DNA of 64,000 bases from Pyrinomonadaceae bacterium. Lineage in GTDB: Bacteria; Acidobacteriota; Blastocatellia; Pyrinomonadales; Pyrinomonadaceae. The notes beneath the pieces are model-generated. The model was not told where the DNA came from and ran no database searches. It was given only the letters and a program-made list of their open reading frames with translations. The translations under genes were made by a program, and so were the position numbers. Every line of letters starts with the position of its first letter. Position 1 is the stretch's first letter. The DNA is taken from NCBI GenBank assembly GCA_049679945.1, contig JBAUGW010000063.1, positions 272 to 64,271 of the forward strand. The letters are read 5' to 3'. Of the stretch, positions 25,875-35,792 are shown piece by piece.

Positions 25875-27418
25875 TAATTCTTCATTGTCATTAGACTCGC
25901 AAAAATCTCAATGCCGTCCCAGAGATTCTGCAAACGAATGTTCTCGTTTTCTGCGTGCTGGTTGTTGTCGTAGTTTGCGATGGGAACGGTGATCGTCGGC
26001 TGGTTTAGCACCTCGACGACGATGGACAATGGAAGGCTGCCGCCTAGCGTAGGCATTCGGACGATCGGGTCGGTTGACGTTGCCTGCACTGCGTCGATGA
26101 CGGCCAGCGAGATGGGAAGGTCCATTCTTGTTCGCTGCGCGTTGTAGCCGCCGGATCGCGCGGTGAGTTTTGCAATGAAGGGATGCTTGAGACGCTCGGC
26201 GGCGGTCGGTTCATGGTCAATAATATGAAAACCTTGCGACTCGATGTGCCGTCTTAGTTTCTCGACCTGTCGCACGTGGTCGTTGCCTTTGACGAGCCGC
26301 AGATCGAGCACAGCGCTCGCCGATGACGGGATCACATTTCGTGCCAATTCTCCGACGTCGCCGCTTTTGAATCCGTTGATATTTAGCGACGGTTGGTTGA
26401 TCAGATCGAGAAGACTTTTTCCGCCGCCTTCCGTGTAAGCGATCCCAAGCTGCCGTTTTATCTCTTCGTCATACTGCGGCGCATCCTTGATCGCCTGAAG
26501 CTCCACGGCCCCAAGCGGTTCGACATCGTCCGCCCAACCTTTGACAGTGATATTGCCGCGGTCGTCCTTCATCGACGACAATAGCCGGGCAAGCGTCAGG
26601 GCCGGGTTAGGCGACCAATTGCCGTAATGCCCGCTGTGCAGCGGCCGGTTTGCCCCGTAAACGGTGAGATCGACATTCACGTCACCCCGAACGCCAAAGA
26701 CAACTTGCTTCCGCCACGACTGATGCACCGGCCCGTCGCAGACGATAAATGCATCGGCTTTGAGCAGGTCTTTGTGCTTTGTGAGTATCTCTCTCAGGTT
26801 CGGCGAACCCGCTTCTTCTTCGCCCTCGAAAAAGAATTTGATATTGACCGTTGGCTTGATGCCTTTGGCGATCAGCGCGTCGAACGCGGTGAGGATCGCA
26901 AACACTCCGGCCTTATCGTCCGACGTCGAGCGTCCGTAAAGCCGCCATTCCGGGTCGATCTTTTCACCCGCTGCCGGAAAAGGAATCATCTTCCCGCCAT
27001 TCTCCAGCGACGCGCTACGCAAAACCGGCACCCACGGCTCGCTTCCCGTCCAATCTGCCGCATTTGTCGGCTGGCCATCATAATGAGCGTAAAAGATGAC
27101 CGTCTTCGTTGCACCCGGCGTTATCCATTCACCATAAACCACGGGCGGAACTTTGTTGTCTTGTGCTTCAAGTAGCCGCGGGTTCAAACCGCGCCGTTTC
27201 ATAAATCCGACAAGATAATCGGCATTTCGCTTGATGCTCGGAGTATCGGCGGCAACATTCGGGATGGCGAGGATCTCAACAAACTCGCTTAGGAGTTGGT
27301 GCTCGTTGGCGGTGCGGTATTCGCGAACGAGTTTTGAAACGGTGTTTTGACTAGAACAAACCGGCGAAAGAAGAAGAACCAAAACCAGAATAAGCGAGGA
27401 TCGGCGAAACAGGTGCAT
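25874..27418 (-). CDS. M20 family metallopeptidase (dipeptidase-like), secreted
   Basis: The start at ATG 27418 gives a signal peptide MHLFRRSSLILVLVLLLSPVCS. Also has the YGRSTSDDKAG metal-binding motif. The longer track ORF overlaps the upstream gene. Confidence 0.9.
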   Translation of the reverse strand: MHLFRRSSLILVLVLLLSPVCSSQNTVSKLVREYRTANEHQLLSEFVEILAIPNVAADTPSIKRNADYLVGFMKRRGLNPRLLEAQDNKVPPVVYGEWITPGATKTVIFYAHYDGQPTNAADWTGSEPWVPVLRSASLENGGKMIPFPAAGEKIDPEWRLYGRSTSDDKAGVFAILTAFDALIAKGIKPTVNIKFFFEGEEEAGSPNLREILTKHKDLLKADAFIVCDGPVHQSWRKQVVFGVRGDVNVDLTVYGANRPLHSGHYGNWSPNPALTLARLLSSMKDDRGNITVKGWADDVEPLGAVELQAIKDAPQYDEEIKRQLGIAYTEGGGKSLLDLINQPSLNINGFKSGDVGELARNVIPSSASAVLDLRLVKGNDHVRQVEKLRRHIESQGFHIIDHEPTAAERLKHPFIAKLTARSGGYNAQRTRMDLPISLAVIDAVQATSTDPIVRMPTLGGSLPLSIVVEVLNQPTITVPIANYDNNQHAENENIRLQNLWDGIEIFASLMTMKN

Positions 27419-27422
27419 AAAA

Positions 27423-27662
27423 TTATTCGACAGTCTCACCTTCTTCGTAAAGAGTCTCCGGTGCAATATCGGCGCCGTTTGGCCATGAGATCGTCCACCC
27501 GTCGACAAAAAATGTCTTGAAATATTTTTTGTCCTTGAGCGGTTTATACACACCCCGACCGAGGCCCCACTTAGAAAAGTCGGCGATCCGTTCTTCGCCG
27601 TTATTGAATACAACGTGAATCTTGTAGTCAGAGACATATTTCGCGTCAATGACCACCGGCAT
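27423..27662 (-). CDS. DUF2442 domain protein
   Basis: MPVVIDAKYVSDYKIHVVFNNGEERIADFS...WPNGADIAPETLYE. ATG at 27662. Confidence 0.8.
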   Translation of the reverse strand: MPVVIDAKYVSDYKIHVVFNNGEERIADFSKWGLGRGVYKPLKDKKYFKTFFVDGWTISWPNGADIAPETLYEEGETVE

Positions 27663-27682
27663 ATAATTCTTATTTCTGGCAA

Positions 27683-27943
27683 CTAGTCGAGCGGATCGAT
27701 TTTGCGAACCTCGCTGAGTTTTTGCGCTCGTTGCCAGTTTGCCGTTAGTTCGTTTTTGTGTAATTTGGCCCATTTCTTAATAAGCGACTTGGCCGTTCGC
27801 GATTTCATTCTGCCTTCGACCATATTACCATCAAGGTCAAACTTTGCCTTCTGTCCCTGATATTCCGCATGAAAGTGTGGCGGATTGTGATCATTGTGAA
27901 ACATCCGAATAATAATCCCGAAGAAGAAAGATACATACGGCAT
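27683..27943 (-). CDS. DUF4160 domain protein
   Basis: FFGIIIRMFHNDHNPPHFHAEYQGQKAKF is the family hallmark. Confidence 0.85.
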   Translation of the reverse strand: MPYVSFFFGIIIRMFHNDHNPPHFHAEYQGQKAKFDLDGNMVEGRMKSRTAKSLIKKWAKLHKNELTANWQRAQKLSEVRKIDPLD

Positions 27944-27944
27944 A

Positions 27945-30227
27945 TCAATACTTCATCAATGCCTGCACAGCAACCTCAACATCTTCCGATTGCGGCAGGA
28001 TGAAATCTTCCAATTGCGGGGCGTAGCCGACGAATGTGTCGGTGGCGCCGACGCGGCGGACGGGAGCGTCGAGGTATTCGAAGAGTTCGTCCGAGATGCG
28101 GGCGGCGATCTCGGCGCCGTAGCCGTATGAGATCGGGTCCTCGTGAGCGACGATGACGCGGGAAGTTTTCTTGACGGACTCAGCGACGGCTTCCCAATCG
28201 TAAGGGACGAGCGTGCGAAGATCGATAATCTCGACCGAGATTCCCTGCTGTTCGAGACGTTTGGCGGCCTGATTTGAACGCTCAACAAGCGCGCCGTAGG
28301 TGACGATGGTTACATCTTGCCCAGCGCGAACGGTTTTTGCTTTGCCGAACGGTATCAGAAATTCACTCGACGGATATTGCGACTTGTTGTAGATCTGGCG
28401 ATATAGATGTTTGTGCTCTAAAAATAAAACAGGATCGTCGCAACGAATCGCCGTTCGCAATAAACCGCTTGCATCGAGCGCCGTTGACGGATAAACGATC
28501 ATCAAACCCGGCGTGTGCGAAAAAAGTGTCGTACCAGATTGCGAGTGATAAACGGCGCCGCCTTTCAGATAACCGCCGACCGGAACACGCATGACCATCG
28601 GGCATTTTGTATCGCCGTCGCTTCTCCATCTGGTCAGCGCGACCTCGTTGCGAATCTGCATCATCGCCGGAAAGATGTAATCGAAGAACTGAATCTCGAC
28701 GACCGGTTTTAAATTGCGGATCGCCATGCCGACTGCTCGGCCGACGATATTCGCCTCGGCAAGCGGTGTGTTAAATACGCGCGCGCCGCCAAACTTTCGC
28801 TGTAGATTTGCAGTCACCTTGAACACACCACCTTTGCCTTTGACGGTTTCGAGATACTGCTCACGCGAACAGTCGGCCACGTCCTCGCCAAAGACGACGA
28901 TGCGCGGGTCGCGTTCCATCTCTTCGTGCATGCAGCGGTTGATGAGATCGACCATCGTGCCGGCGTTGCCGCTCAACTCGGCGCCGTCCTCGGTGTCGAA
29001 CAAATTGCGATCGGTCGGATCGACGTCCGGCGAAAAGACGTTGCGCAATGCAGTCTCCGGTGCAGGCTGCGGCGTTTCTATCGCGATGTCGGCGGCTTTG
29101 TTTATCTCCGCATCGACCTCTTTTCGCAAAGCCTCAAGCTGCTCGCTCGACGCGATCCCCTCGTTCATCAAAAACTCGGCGTAAGTCTTTATCGGGTCAA
29201 TCGCCGCGTCGCGTTCACGCTCTTCGTCGGGGCGATAGAGTTTTTCATCGTCCGAGAGCGAGTGCGAATACGGACGAATAACCTTTGCGTGTATGAACGC
29301 CGGGCCTTTACGTTTGCGGCAACGCTCGACAGCTTTTTTGAACGCGGCGTACGACGCAAGCGGGTCGGTGCCGTCAACCTTTTGCACAAATAGATTTGGA
29401 AATCCCGAGATCAGTTTCGAAATGTCGCCGCCGGCCGTACCGACCTCGACCGGAACGCTGATCGCGTAGCCATTGTCCTCGACGCAGAAGATAACCGGCA
29501 GCTTGAGATTACACGCGGTGTTGAGAGCTTCCCACCATTCGCCCTCGCTCGTTGTGCCGTCGCCGACCGACATATAGACGACCTCGTCGCCCTTGAATCC
29601 GGTAACTTTATCGCGCAATTCCTTGACCAGCGAAGCGCGATAGCTCGCCTCGGCGGCGCCCACCGCGTGCAAAGCCTGCGTGCCAGTGCACGACGATTGC
29701 GAAGGAACATTCAGATCTTTGTGACCCCAATGCGACGGCATCTGACGCCCGTGCGAGTTCGGGTCGATCTCGGCCCCGACCGCCGAATACAACATCTCTT
29801 GCGCCGTCATGCCAAGAGCGAGCATCAACGCGCGGTCGCGATAGTAAGGGAAAAACCAGTCGTATGCGGGTTTCATCGCGAGCGCCGCGCCGACCAAAAC
29901 AGCTTCGTGACCGGCGCCCGAGATCTGAAAGTAGATCTTATTCTGCCCCTTGAGCTGAATCTCCTTGTCGTCAACGCGCCGCGACAAATACATCGTGTGG
30001 TAGATACCGATCAGCGTTTTTTCGTCTAATCCGTGTCGATCTTGCGTGACCTTTGAGTCAAATGGTGTCGAAACCTTTGGCGTCTCGGCACCGTCAGCCG
30101 CAGCTTTCGCCGTCGAGTGTACCTTTTCGTCCGCCGAGTAGCCGTCGGCCTCCATGGTTTTCTCACGCTCGGCAACCACCGACCTCGCTTCGCCCTTCGG
30201 CACAAGTTTTCTTACAGTTGTGGACAT
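27945..30227 (-). CDS. 2-oxoacid (branched-chain type) dehydrogenase E1 component, fused alpha/beta subunits
   Basis: 760 aa. N-terminal TPP-binding alpha part ([15 protein letters not shown]) and a C-terminal transketolase-like beta part. Confidence 0.92.
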   Translation of the reverse strand: MSTTVRKLVPKGEARSVVAEREKTMEADGYSADEKVHSTAKAAADGAETPKVSTPFDSKVTQDRHGLDEKTLIGIYHTMYLSRRVDDKEIQLKGQNKIYFQISGAGHEAVLVGAALAMKPAYDWFFPYYRDRALMLALGMTAQEMLYSAVGAEIDPNSHGRQMPSHWGHKDLNVPSQSSCTGTQALHAVGAAEASYRASLVKELRDKVTGFKGDEVVYMSVGDGTTSEGEWWEALNTACNLKLPVIFCVEDNGYAISVPVEVGTAGGDISKLISGFPNLFVQKVDGTDPLASYAAFKKAVERCRKRKGPAFIHAKVIRPYSHSLSDDEKLYRPDEERERDAAIDPIKTYAEFLMNEGIASSEQLEALRKEVDAEINKAADIAIETPQPAPETALRNVFSPDVDPTDRNLFDTEDGAELSGNAGTMVDLINRCMHEEMERDPRIVVFGEDVADCSREQYLETVKGKGGVFKVTANLQRKFGGARVFNTPLAEANIVGRAVGMAIRNLKPVVEIQFFDYIFPAMMQIRNEVALTRWRSDGDTKCPMVMRVPVGGYLKGGAVYHSQSGTTLFSHTPGLMIVYPSTALDASGLLRTAIRCDDPVLFLEHKHLYRQIYNKSQYPSSEFLIPFGKAKTVRAGQDVTIVTYGALVERSNQAAKRLEQQGISVEIIDLRTLVPYDWEAVAESVKKTSRVIVAHEDPISYGYGAEIAARISDELFEYLDAPVRRVGATDTFVGYAPQLEDFILPQSEDVEVAVQALMKY

Positions 30228-30339
30228 ACCTTAGCCCTTTTCGAATCAGCTAACTTAGTTGAATCGCAAGTTTTAAAGATAGCAAATCGCAGGAAAGGCG
30301 GCAATTTTGAAGAGGTGAGACAACGAACAAGCACGGAAT

Positions 30340-30561
30340 GTCGCCAACGGCGACGGACATTAAAGCCTAGGGTAGAGTGAGCATCGCGAACGGCACCCTA
30401 GGACTGGTTGGAAGATTGATTCCGACGCTGAAGGCGTCGAACAATTTGCGGCGTGGTTGTTCTTCCCCTTCAGGGAAGGCAATTTGGTCGGGCATTTTCC
30501 TAGGGTTCCAATCGCGTCGCTCTTTGCACCCTAGGCTTTAATGTTTGTCGCCGTTGGCGAC
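30340..30561. repeat. MITE-like element with 34-bp terminal inverted repeats
   Basis: GTCGCCAACGGCGACGGACATTAAAGCCTAGGGT (30340-30373) against the reverse complement of 30528-30561 is 32/34 identical. Internal hairpins CGACGCTGAAGGCGTCG and CTTCCCCTTCAGGGAAG. No ORF inside. Confidence 0.8.
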
Positions 30562-30572
30562 TAAACCATCGA

Positions 30573-32255
30573 TCATTGCGCTTTTAAAACCCAGCCGTTT
30601 GGGTCAACGGCCGGTATGGCTCCCGTAAATGTAAGGCCGCCCGTCCCGTTCTTCATCTCGATTCTCTGAGCCTTGCCGTTGACGACGACCTCGATCGGCA
30701 TTGGGAACGGCATATTATCGGGCGTTTCCCATCGGAGAATCATCTGCCGGGGTAATGTAGTCGCACTTCCATCGGCGGGTCCCGAGGCCATCACAGTGAG
30801 TCTTGGTAATTTTGGTTGACGCAGATACATCTCAAAAAACCAATCAAGCTCGCATTTGCATTCGGTCTCCGCGATTGTGAGAAAATCGTCTGTATTCACG
30901 AGGCGTTCCTGGCGGCCGTCGGTGAGGCGTTCCATTTCTTTTGTCGGATAGGCCATGCGGCGCAGCGCGCGAAAGAACGCGTCGTCGCCGATCAAATATC
31001 GCAGCGTGTGCAGGACGACCGCGCCTTTGCCGTAGATATCACCGTCTGATTTTAGGTAATCTGGCTCGGCCATATAGACCTGATACGCGATCTTCGCTTC
31101 GCGCGGTGCGACAGGCTGCATATCGCGAGTAGCCTTAGCGCGGGTTTTCATGGCGGTAAAGTACGCCTCTTTGCCTTTTGTCTCTTCGACATAGAGAGTG
31201 TCCATGAACGACTGAAAACCCTCGTGAATCCAGAAGTCGCGCCAGTCTGAGGCCGTGACGAGATTTGCCCACCATTCGTGGCCGTATTCGTGAAACATCA
31301 GCCAGTCAAAACCGTCCGGGGCAAAGCGATATTTGTTGCCATAGGCAATGTTTGTCGAATGTTCCATCCCCAGATGCGGCGTCTCGACAATGCCGAGCTT
31401 GATCGCACGGAATGGATACGGGCCGAGATATTTTTCAAAGAAAGCGTTGTATTTTTTCGTCTCGGCGATGAGCTTTGCACCTTTATCAAAGTTTTCAGGC
31501 AAGATGTAAAACTTTATCGGGATCATTTCGCCGGTCACACTTTTAACTTTGTCCTCGATCAGTTTGTACGGCGCGGCGTTAAAGACGAGCGAGTAGTTTG
31601 CGATCGGATTTGTCATGTGCCACGAATACGTTGTGTATTCGTTATTCGGCTTTTTTGTACCCGCAAATTTGCCAGGGCCGACGGCTACGAGGCCGTTTGG
31701 CACAGAGATATTCATTGTCGCCGTCGCCGGTTTGTCAGATGGATGATCTTTGCACGGGAAGAGCAGGTCGGCGCCGTCATTTTGCAACGCGACCGAAACC
31801 CAATCCGCCCCGCTTGGTGTTTTCGCCCACATAAAACCGCCGATCCACGGCGGATTCGGCGCAACGCGAGGCGTGCCCGCGTAACGAATCATCGCCTTTA
31901 TTTCGTCGCCGACTTGCTTTGTCATCGGGAACCAAATCCAGATTTTGCCGCCTCGCCGCTCGTATTTAAGGGCGCTTTTACCGTCGCCGACGTACTCGAT
32001 GTTGTACGGCGTGTCGAGATCGAGCACGATCACGTTAGTCGGAATCACGGTGCGGGCGATCATCGTCGTCGCACCCGAGATCGTCTTTGACTGCGGAAAA
32101 ACATTTAGATTTACCTCGTAAGACTGTACGTCGAACGCGGCTTGCTCGAACATCAACGGGCCGCCGGTCTCGGTCGGACGCGCGGGATGTTCACGTTGTG
32201 CGAGTAAATTTAAGCTGCTGAAAACGACAAAAGCAATTGCGATGATCTTGTTCAT
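30573..32255 (-). CDS. M1 family metallopeptidase (aminopeptidase N-like), secreted
   Basis: Signal peptide, and HEYGHEWW...x18...E (HEXXH-E) zinc motif. Confidence 0.9.
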   Translation of the reverse strand: MNKIIAIAFVVFSSLNLLAQREHPARPTETGGPLMFEQAAFDVQSYEVNLNVFPQSKTISGATTMIARTVIPTNVIVLDLDTPYNIEYVGDGKSALKYERRGGKIWIWFPMTKQVGDEIKAMIRYAGTPRVAPNPPWIGGFMWAKTPSGADWVSVALQNDGADLLFPCKDHPSDKPATATMNISVPNGLVAVGPGKFAGTKKPNNEYTTYSWHMTNPIANYSLVFNAAPYKLIEDKVKSVTGEMIPIKFYILPENFDKGAKLIAETKKYNAFFEKYLGPYPFRAIKLGIVETPHLGMEHSTNIAYGNKYRFAPDGFDWLMFHEYGHEWWANLVTASDWRDFWIHEGFQSFMDTLYVEETKGKEAYFTAMKTRAKATRDMQPVAPREAKIAYQVYMAEPDYLKSDGDIYGKGAVVLHTLRYLIGDDAFFRALRRMAYPTKEMERLTDGRQERLVNTDDFLTIAETECKCELDWFFEMYLRQPKLPRLTVMASGPADGSATTLPRQMILRWETPDNMPFPMPIEVVVNGKAQRIEMKNGTGGLTFTGAIPAVDPNGWVLKAQ

Positions 32256-32302
32256 ATTGGTTCTACTTTACACTCGATTCGAGTTAGCCGAAAATATCGT
32301 CA

Positions 32303-32968
32303 ATGCGGTGTAGTGTGACTTATACGGTAATTTGCCTTGCGCTGTTTACGGCGGTGTCGCTCGGACAGGATGTGTCGGCGACGCCGGTAGTGAAAAAAGC
32401 AAACGCACGGCCAGCGGAAGCCCCGGTCGCAAGCGCCGAGCCCTTTGACCGGGCGGATGTCAAAACAATGGCGTCGAAATGCGTTACGCTTGAAACCGAA
32501 GCCGGCATCATCGAGATCGAACTCTTTCCCGAAAGCGCGCCGGAATCTGTGCGCAACTTCCTGAATCTAACGGCTTTAGGACTGTTTGATGCGACTACGT
32601 TTCAGCGCGTCGTTCCCGGCTTTGTGATTCAGGGTGGCAGTCTGTGGACGCGAGACGGCGGTTTAACTCAAGCACAAGCGGCGCGTGCCCGGCGGGCATT
32701 GCAAGACGAGCCGAACAAGATCCTTCACGAACGCGGCATCGTCTCGATGGCCCGCGGTGACGAAGCGAACAGCGCGAAAACCAGCTTTTTCATTCTCGTC
32801 GGCCAAGGCGAGCATCTCGACGGCAAATTCGCTGCGTTTGGCCGCGTAACTCGCGGCATAGAAGTCGCCGATGCGATAAATAAAGCGCCGGTCACGGATG
32901 AAAAACCCGAAAAACCTGTGCGTGTCAAAAAGGCGTCGGTCGTAACCTGCACTACGCAAAATCAGTAG
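32303..32968 (+). CDS. peptidyl-prolyl cis-trans isomerase (cyclophilin type), exported
   Basis: Signal peptide. Core motif FPESAPESVRNFLNL...FQRVVPGFVIQGG...SFFILVG. Confidence 0.92.
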   Translation: MRCSVTYTVICLALFTAVSLGQDVSATPVVKKANARPAEAPVASAEPFDRADVKTMASKCVTLETEAGIIEIELFPESAPESVRNFLNLTALGLFDATTFQRVVPGFVIQGGSLWTRDGGLTQAQAARARRALQDEPNKILHERGIVSMARGDEANSAKTSFFILVGQGEHLDGKFAAFGRVTRGIEVADAINKAPVTDEKPEKPVRVKKASVVTCTTQNQ

Positions 32969-32975
32969 TCGAAGC

Positions 32976-33353
32976 TTACAGTTCCCTCGCAAAAGCAAGC
33001 ACGTGGCCCGAAATATCTATTGAATAGGCTGCTTCATGTCCCCAATCGCGCGTCGAAAGCGGGCTTACTTCTTTTGCTCCGGCTGCGATTGCCCTCGCAT
33101 GATAAGCCGACGGTTCATCAACGATAAGATAAATTTCAGCACATGGGTTTTGCTGAAGATTTGACGTGTCGATTTTGCTTTCGAGTAGCCGCGAGGCGCT
33201 TTGTTCAGGCATTAGACCGAGCACCGCGCCGTCATTTAGCTCAAATTCCGTCATCCCGGGAACATTCAAACGAGGCCCGACGCCGAGCACGGCAGCATAA
33301 AAATCGGTCACAGCCTGTTGGTCGGAAACGTAAAGAATAAAATATGATTTCAT
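32976..33353 (-). CDS. VOC/glyoxalase family protein
   Basis: ATG at 33353 (MKSYFILYVSDQQAVTDFY...). The track's N-terminal extension overlaps the upstream gene. Confidence 0.7.
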   Translation of the reverse strand: MKSYFILYVSDQQAVTDFYAAVLGVGPRLNVPGMTEFELNDGAVLGLMPEQSASRLLESKIDTSNLQQNPCAEIYLIVDEPSAYHARAIAAGAKEVSPLSTRDWGHEAAYSIDISGHVLAFAREL

Positions 33354-33360
33354 CAGTGTT

Positions 33361-33678
33361 TTATTCGCTGAAATCCAGATCGAGCGTAATTTGATATTCA
33401 TTTGCCATCGATGGATGACCGTGCGCTATAGAGACTTCAATGCCGCGTTTGTAGGTCGCGGTAGCTTTTTCGCGATCGCCGTTTTGCGCGTATGCGTTTG
33501 CAAGCACGCCGTATGCGTTGCCCTCATCATCAAATTTTAAAAGATAACTTTCGAGCAAGTCGATGACTTTCGCGTGGTTGCCGGTCTTCTCGTATTCCTT
33601 TGCGAGGCCGAACATCACCATCGTATTGTCGGGCTCGGCAGAGAGCATTTGTTCAAAAACTTCGATGCGATTTTGCAT
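33361..33678 (-). CDS. tetratricopeptide repeat protein
   Basis: 105 aa with TPR-like repeats (FGLAKEYEKTGNHAKVIDLLE, VLANAYAQNGDREKATATYKRGIE). Confidence 0.7.
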   Translation of the reverse strand: MQNRIEVFEQMLSAEPDNTMVMFGLAKEYEKTGNHAKVIDLLESYLLKFDDEGNAYGVLANAYAQNGDREKATATYKRGIEVSIAHGHPSMANEYQITLDLDFSE

Positions 33679-33693
33679 ATTGTTAGGAGTTTA

Positions 33694-33777
33694 AACGCAA
33701 AGTCGCAAAGTCGCCAAGACGCAAAGAAACCTAAATAACAAATCTTTGCGGCTTATGCATCTTTGCGACTTTGCGTT
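33694..33777. repeat. GCAAAG-class hairpin, perfect 17-bp arms
   Basis: AACGCAAAGTCGCAAAG (33694-33710) and CTTTGCGACTTTGCGTT (33761-33777). Further GCAAAG/CTTTGC pairs lie inside. The right arm overlaps the radical SAM gene stop codon by 2 nt. Confidence 0.8.
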
Positions 33778-34825
33778 AAAAAAGTCTTTGCTGAAGTGCA
33801 ACCGGTGCAGTTTCGATCTCGACCGATTTTTCGCGCTGATTAAAACCAAGCCGCTCGGCGTGAAAATTAAAGAGTTTTACTGTCATGTCCCACTGCTCGG
33901 TTTTGCCAAGCCCTCGTTCCTTGTACGTGCGATGACGAAGCGTACCGTTGCGCTCGCGTTTTATCGTGTTGATGATCTTCGCCACGCGTGTCGGCGGCAG
34001 GCGTTCGTGCATTTTTTGGACAAAATACTCCTCGATCGAATCGGTATCGAGATGCAGCATCGACATAAACGCACGCGTCGCCCCGCAATCTTTTGCCCTC
34101 TCTAACAGACCCGGAATGTCTGATTCGTTATATCCGGGAATTACGGGCGCAACACCGATGCCGACGGGAATACCGGCATCGGCAACCGCTTTCATGGCGC
34201 GAAAACGCGCTTCGGGGACAGGTGTGTATGGTTCGAAGGGATTTGATTTTTCCTTTGTGAGAAACGGCAGCGAGAAAAATACGGTGACCTTGTTCAGCTT
34301 TTTTAGAATATCGATGTCGCGCGTCACAAGCGGCGATTTTGTGATGACGGCAACCGGCACGCGAAACTCGGCGCAGACTTCGAGGCATTGGCGCGTGAGT
34401 TTGTATTCGGCTTCGAGCGCGATGTACGGGTCGGTCGCGAAAGAAAAATCGAGATGCGGCATTTTGTCACGGCACTTTTTTAACTCAGCGCGCAACAATT
34501 GCGGAGCGTTTGGTTTTACCACGATCTTTGTCTCAAAATCGGTTCCGGCGCCGTAGCCGAGATATTCGTGATACTGCCGAGCAAAACAATATGTACAGCC
34601 GTGAACGCAGCCGCGATAGCAGTTAACCGTGTAACGCCAGCCACCTTCCCAGTCGGACGAGAATGCTTTAGTAATAATTTTTTTTGTCGCGGTCTCTTCA
34701 AAGATCTCGAGCTTTGTCGGCGGCGGCTCGCCGATGTACTCGGCTGAATATTTGTTGTAGGGATTTGGCGGGTTTTTGATGTGTCGCACAGATGAAACGA
34801 TAGTCCATCGTCGGGCAAAGTGCAA
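33776..34825 (-). CDS. radical SAM protein (PA0069/SplB-like family)
   Basis: CVHGCTYC (CxxxCxxC) cluster. Start uncertain: TTG at 34825, with a GTG 12 codons downstream also possible. Confidence 0.85.
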   Translation of the reverse strand: MHFARRWTIVSSVRHIKNPPNPYNKYSAEYIGEPPPTKLEIFEETATKKIITKAFSSDWEGGWRYTVNCYRGCVHGCTYCFARQYHEYLGYGAGTDFETKIVVKPNAPQLLRAELKKCRDKMPHLDFSFATDPYIALEAEYKLTRQCLEVCAEFRVPVAVITKSPLVTRDIDILKKLNKVTVFFSLPFLTKEKSNPFEPYTPVPEARFRAMKAVADAGIPVGIGVAPVIPGYNESDIPGLLERAKDCGATRAFMSMLHLDTDSIEEYFVQKMHERLPPTRVAKIINTIKRERNGTLRHRTYKERGLGKTEQWDMTVKLFNFHAERLGFNQREKSVEIETAPVALQQRLF

Positions 34826-34830
34826 GATTA

Positions 34831-34897
34831 GCCACTAATGACACGAATAGCACTAATAAATGCACTTCTAATTCGTGACATTCGTGCTATTCGCGGC
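34831..34897. repeat. CACGAAT-class imperfect hairpin
   Basis: GCCACTAATGACACGAATAGCACTAAT and ATTCGTGACATTCGTGCTATTCGCGGC, about 20/27 complementary. Confidence 0.6.
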
Positions 34898-35415
34898 TAA
34901 ATTTCTTTCTGCATGAGCAGATCGGTTTGGGGATCAGAACCGAGTTGAAAAGTGTGCTTGCCGACGACACGGAAGCCATTTTTTTCATAAAACCGGTGTG
35001 CCCGCGGGTTGTATTCCCACACTCCAAGCCACATGACATCGCGATTCTCGACGCGTGCGCGCTCGAAACACGCATCCATCAAATCCTGCCCGACGCCTTT
35101 GCCGATATATTCCTGGTGCGAATAAAGCCGCGCTAACTCGACCGGCCGTTCCGCGGTGATGCCGGGCTCGATGTTGTCGATTACAATTTTTGCGTAGCCC
35201 GCCGCCTTTGCGTCGATCTCACCGATCAGAAAGATGTTCTTCTCATCGGCAAGCTCGGCCTCGATCTGTTCGAGACTAAACGCCTGCCGCATATAGTGAG
35301 CAAGATCGTCGGGCGCATTTTTAGGATGGTGTGCAAAAGCGTCCCAAAACGTCGTGTACGAAAGATCGGTCAGCAGTTTCGCATCGTCAACGGTTGCTTG
35401 GCGGATCGCGTTCAT
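34897..35415 (-). CDS. GNAT family N-acetyltransferase
   Basis: Acetyl-CoA binding motif QEYIGKGVGQDLM. The start overlaps the VapC stop (ATGA). Confidence 0.9.
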   Translation of the reverse strand: MNAIRQATVDDAKLLTDLSYTTFWDAFAHHPKNAPDDLAHYMRQAFSLEQIEAELADEKNIFLIGEIDAKAAGYAKIVIDNIEPGITAERPVELARLYSHQEYIGKGVGQDLMDACFERARVENRDVMWLGVWEYNPRAHRFYEKNGFRVVGKHTFQLGSDPQTDLLMQKEI

Positions 35416-35792
35416 AACAAAGCGACTCCGTAAGCGGCGAAATGTGGATCCGATGTAATAATCGGTATATTCTCAGCCAGCGCTTGTGCAATTATCAGTC
35501 GGTCGAATGGGTCTTTGCGATGAAATTGAAGTTCGGCGACCCGAATCAAATGTCTTGAATCGATTGGCAAGAGCGAGGTTGTTGATTCTTCTATTGCCCC
35601 AACAATATTATCTAAAGATGAGGATAATTTTAATTTATCGAGGCTTTGCTTGATGGCGATTTCCCAGAGACTGGCAAAGCTGACGAGAGGTTCATTATCG
35701 GGGTCGTCAATAAATGCGCTTCGTTCCAAGGTAAGTTGTGCATCGTCCTCAAAATGCCAAATTAGAACGTGCGTATCAATAAGGAATCGCAT
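35412..35792 (-). CDS. vapC: type II toxin-antitoxin system VapC family toxin (PIN domain)
   Basis: MRFLIDTHVLIW..., with conserved acidic residues and a DPFDRLIIAQA motif. Confidence 0.9.
   Translation of the reverse strand: MRFLIDTHVLIWHFEDDAQLTLERSAFIDDPDNEPLVSFASLWEIAIKQSLDKLKLSSSLDNIVGAIEESTTSLLPIDSRHLIRVAELQFHRKDPFDRLIIAQALAENIPIITSDPHFAAYGVALL

Noticed and set aside
27175-27195. tRNA T-arm-like sequence CGCGGGTTCAAACCGCG. A GGTTCGAGTCTC also occurs near 12175.
   Set aside because: Both lie inside well-supported CDSs and lack acceptor, D and anticodon arms. No tRNA was found in any intergenic region.
27419-27682. N-terminal extensions of track ORFs: 25874-27682 here, and likewise 55076-55180, 61039-61230, 37277-37357 and 33354-33401.
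   Set aside because: The extensions overlap neighbouring genes or translate repeat arms (for example HHRGTEITEK). Internal ATG/GTG starts give proper signal peptides or family N-termini.
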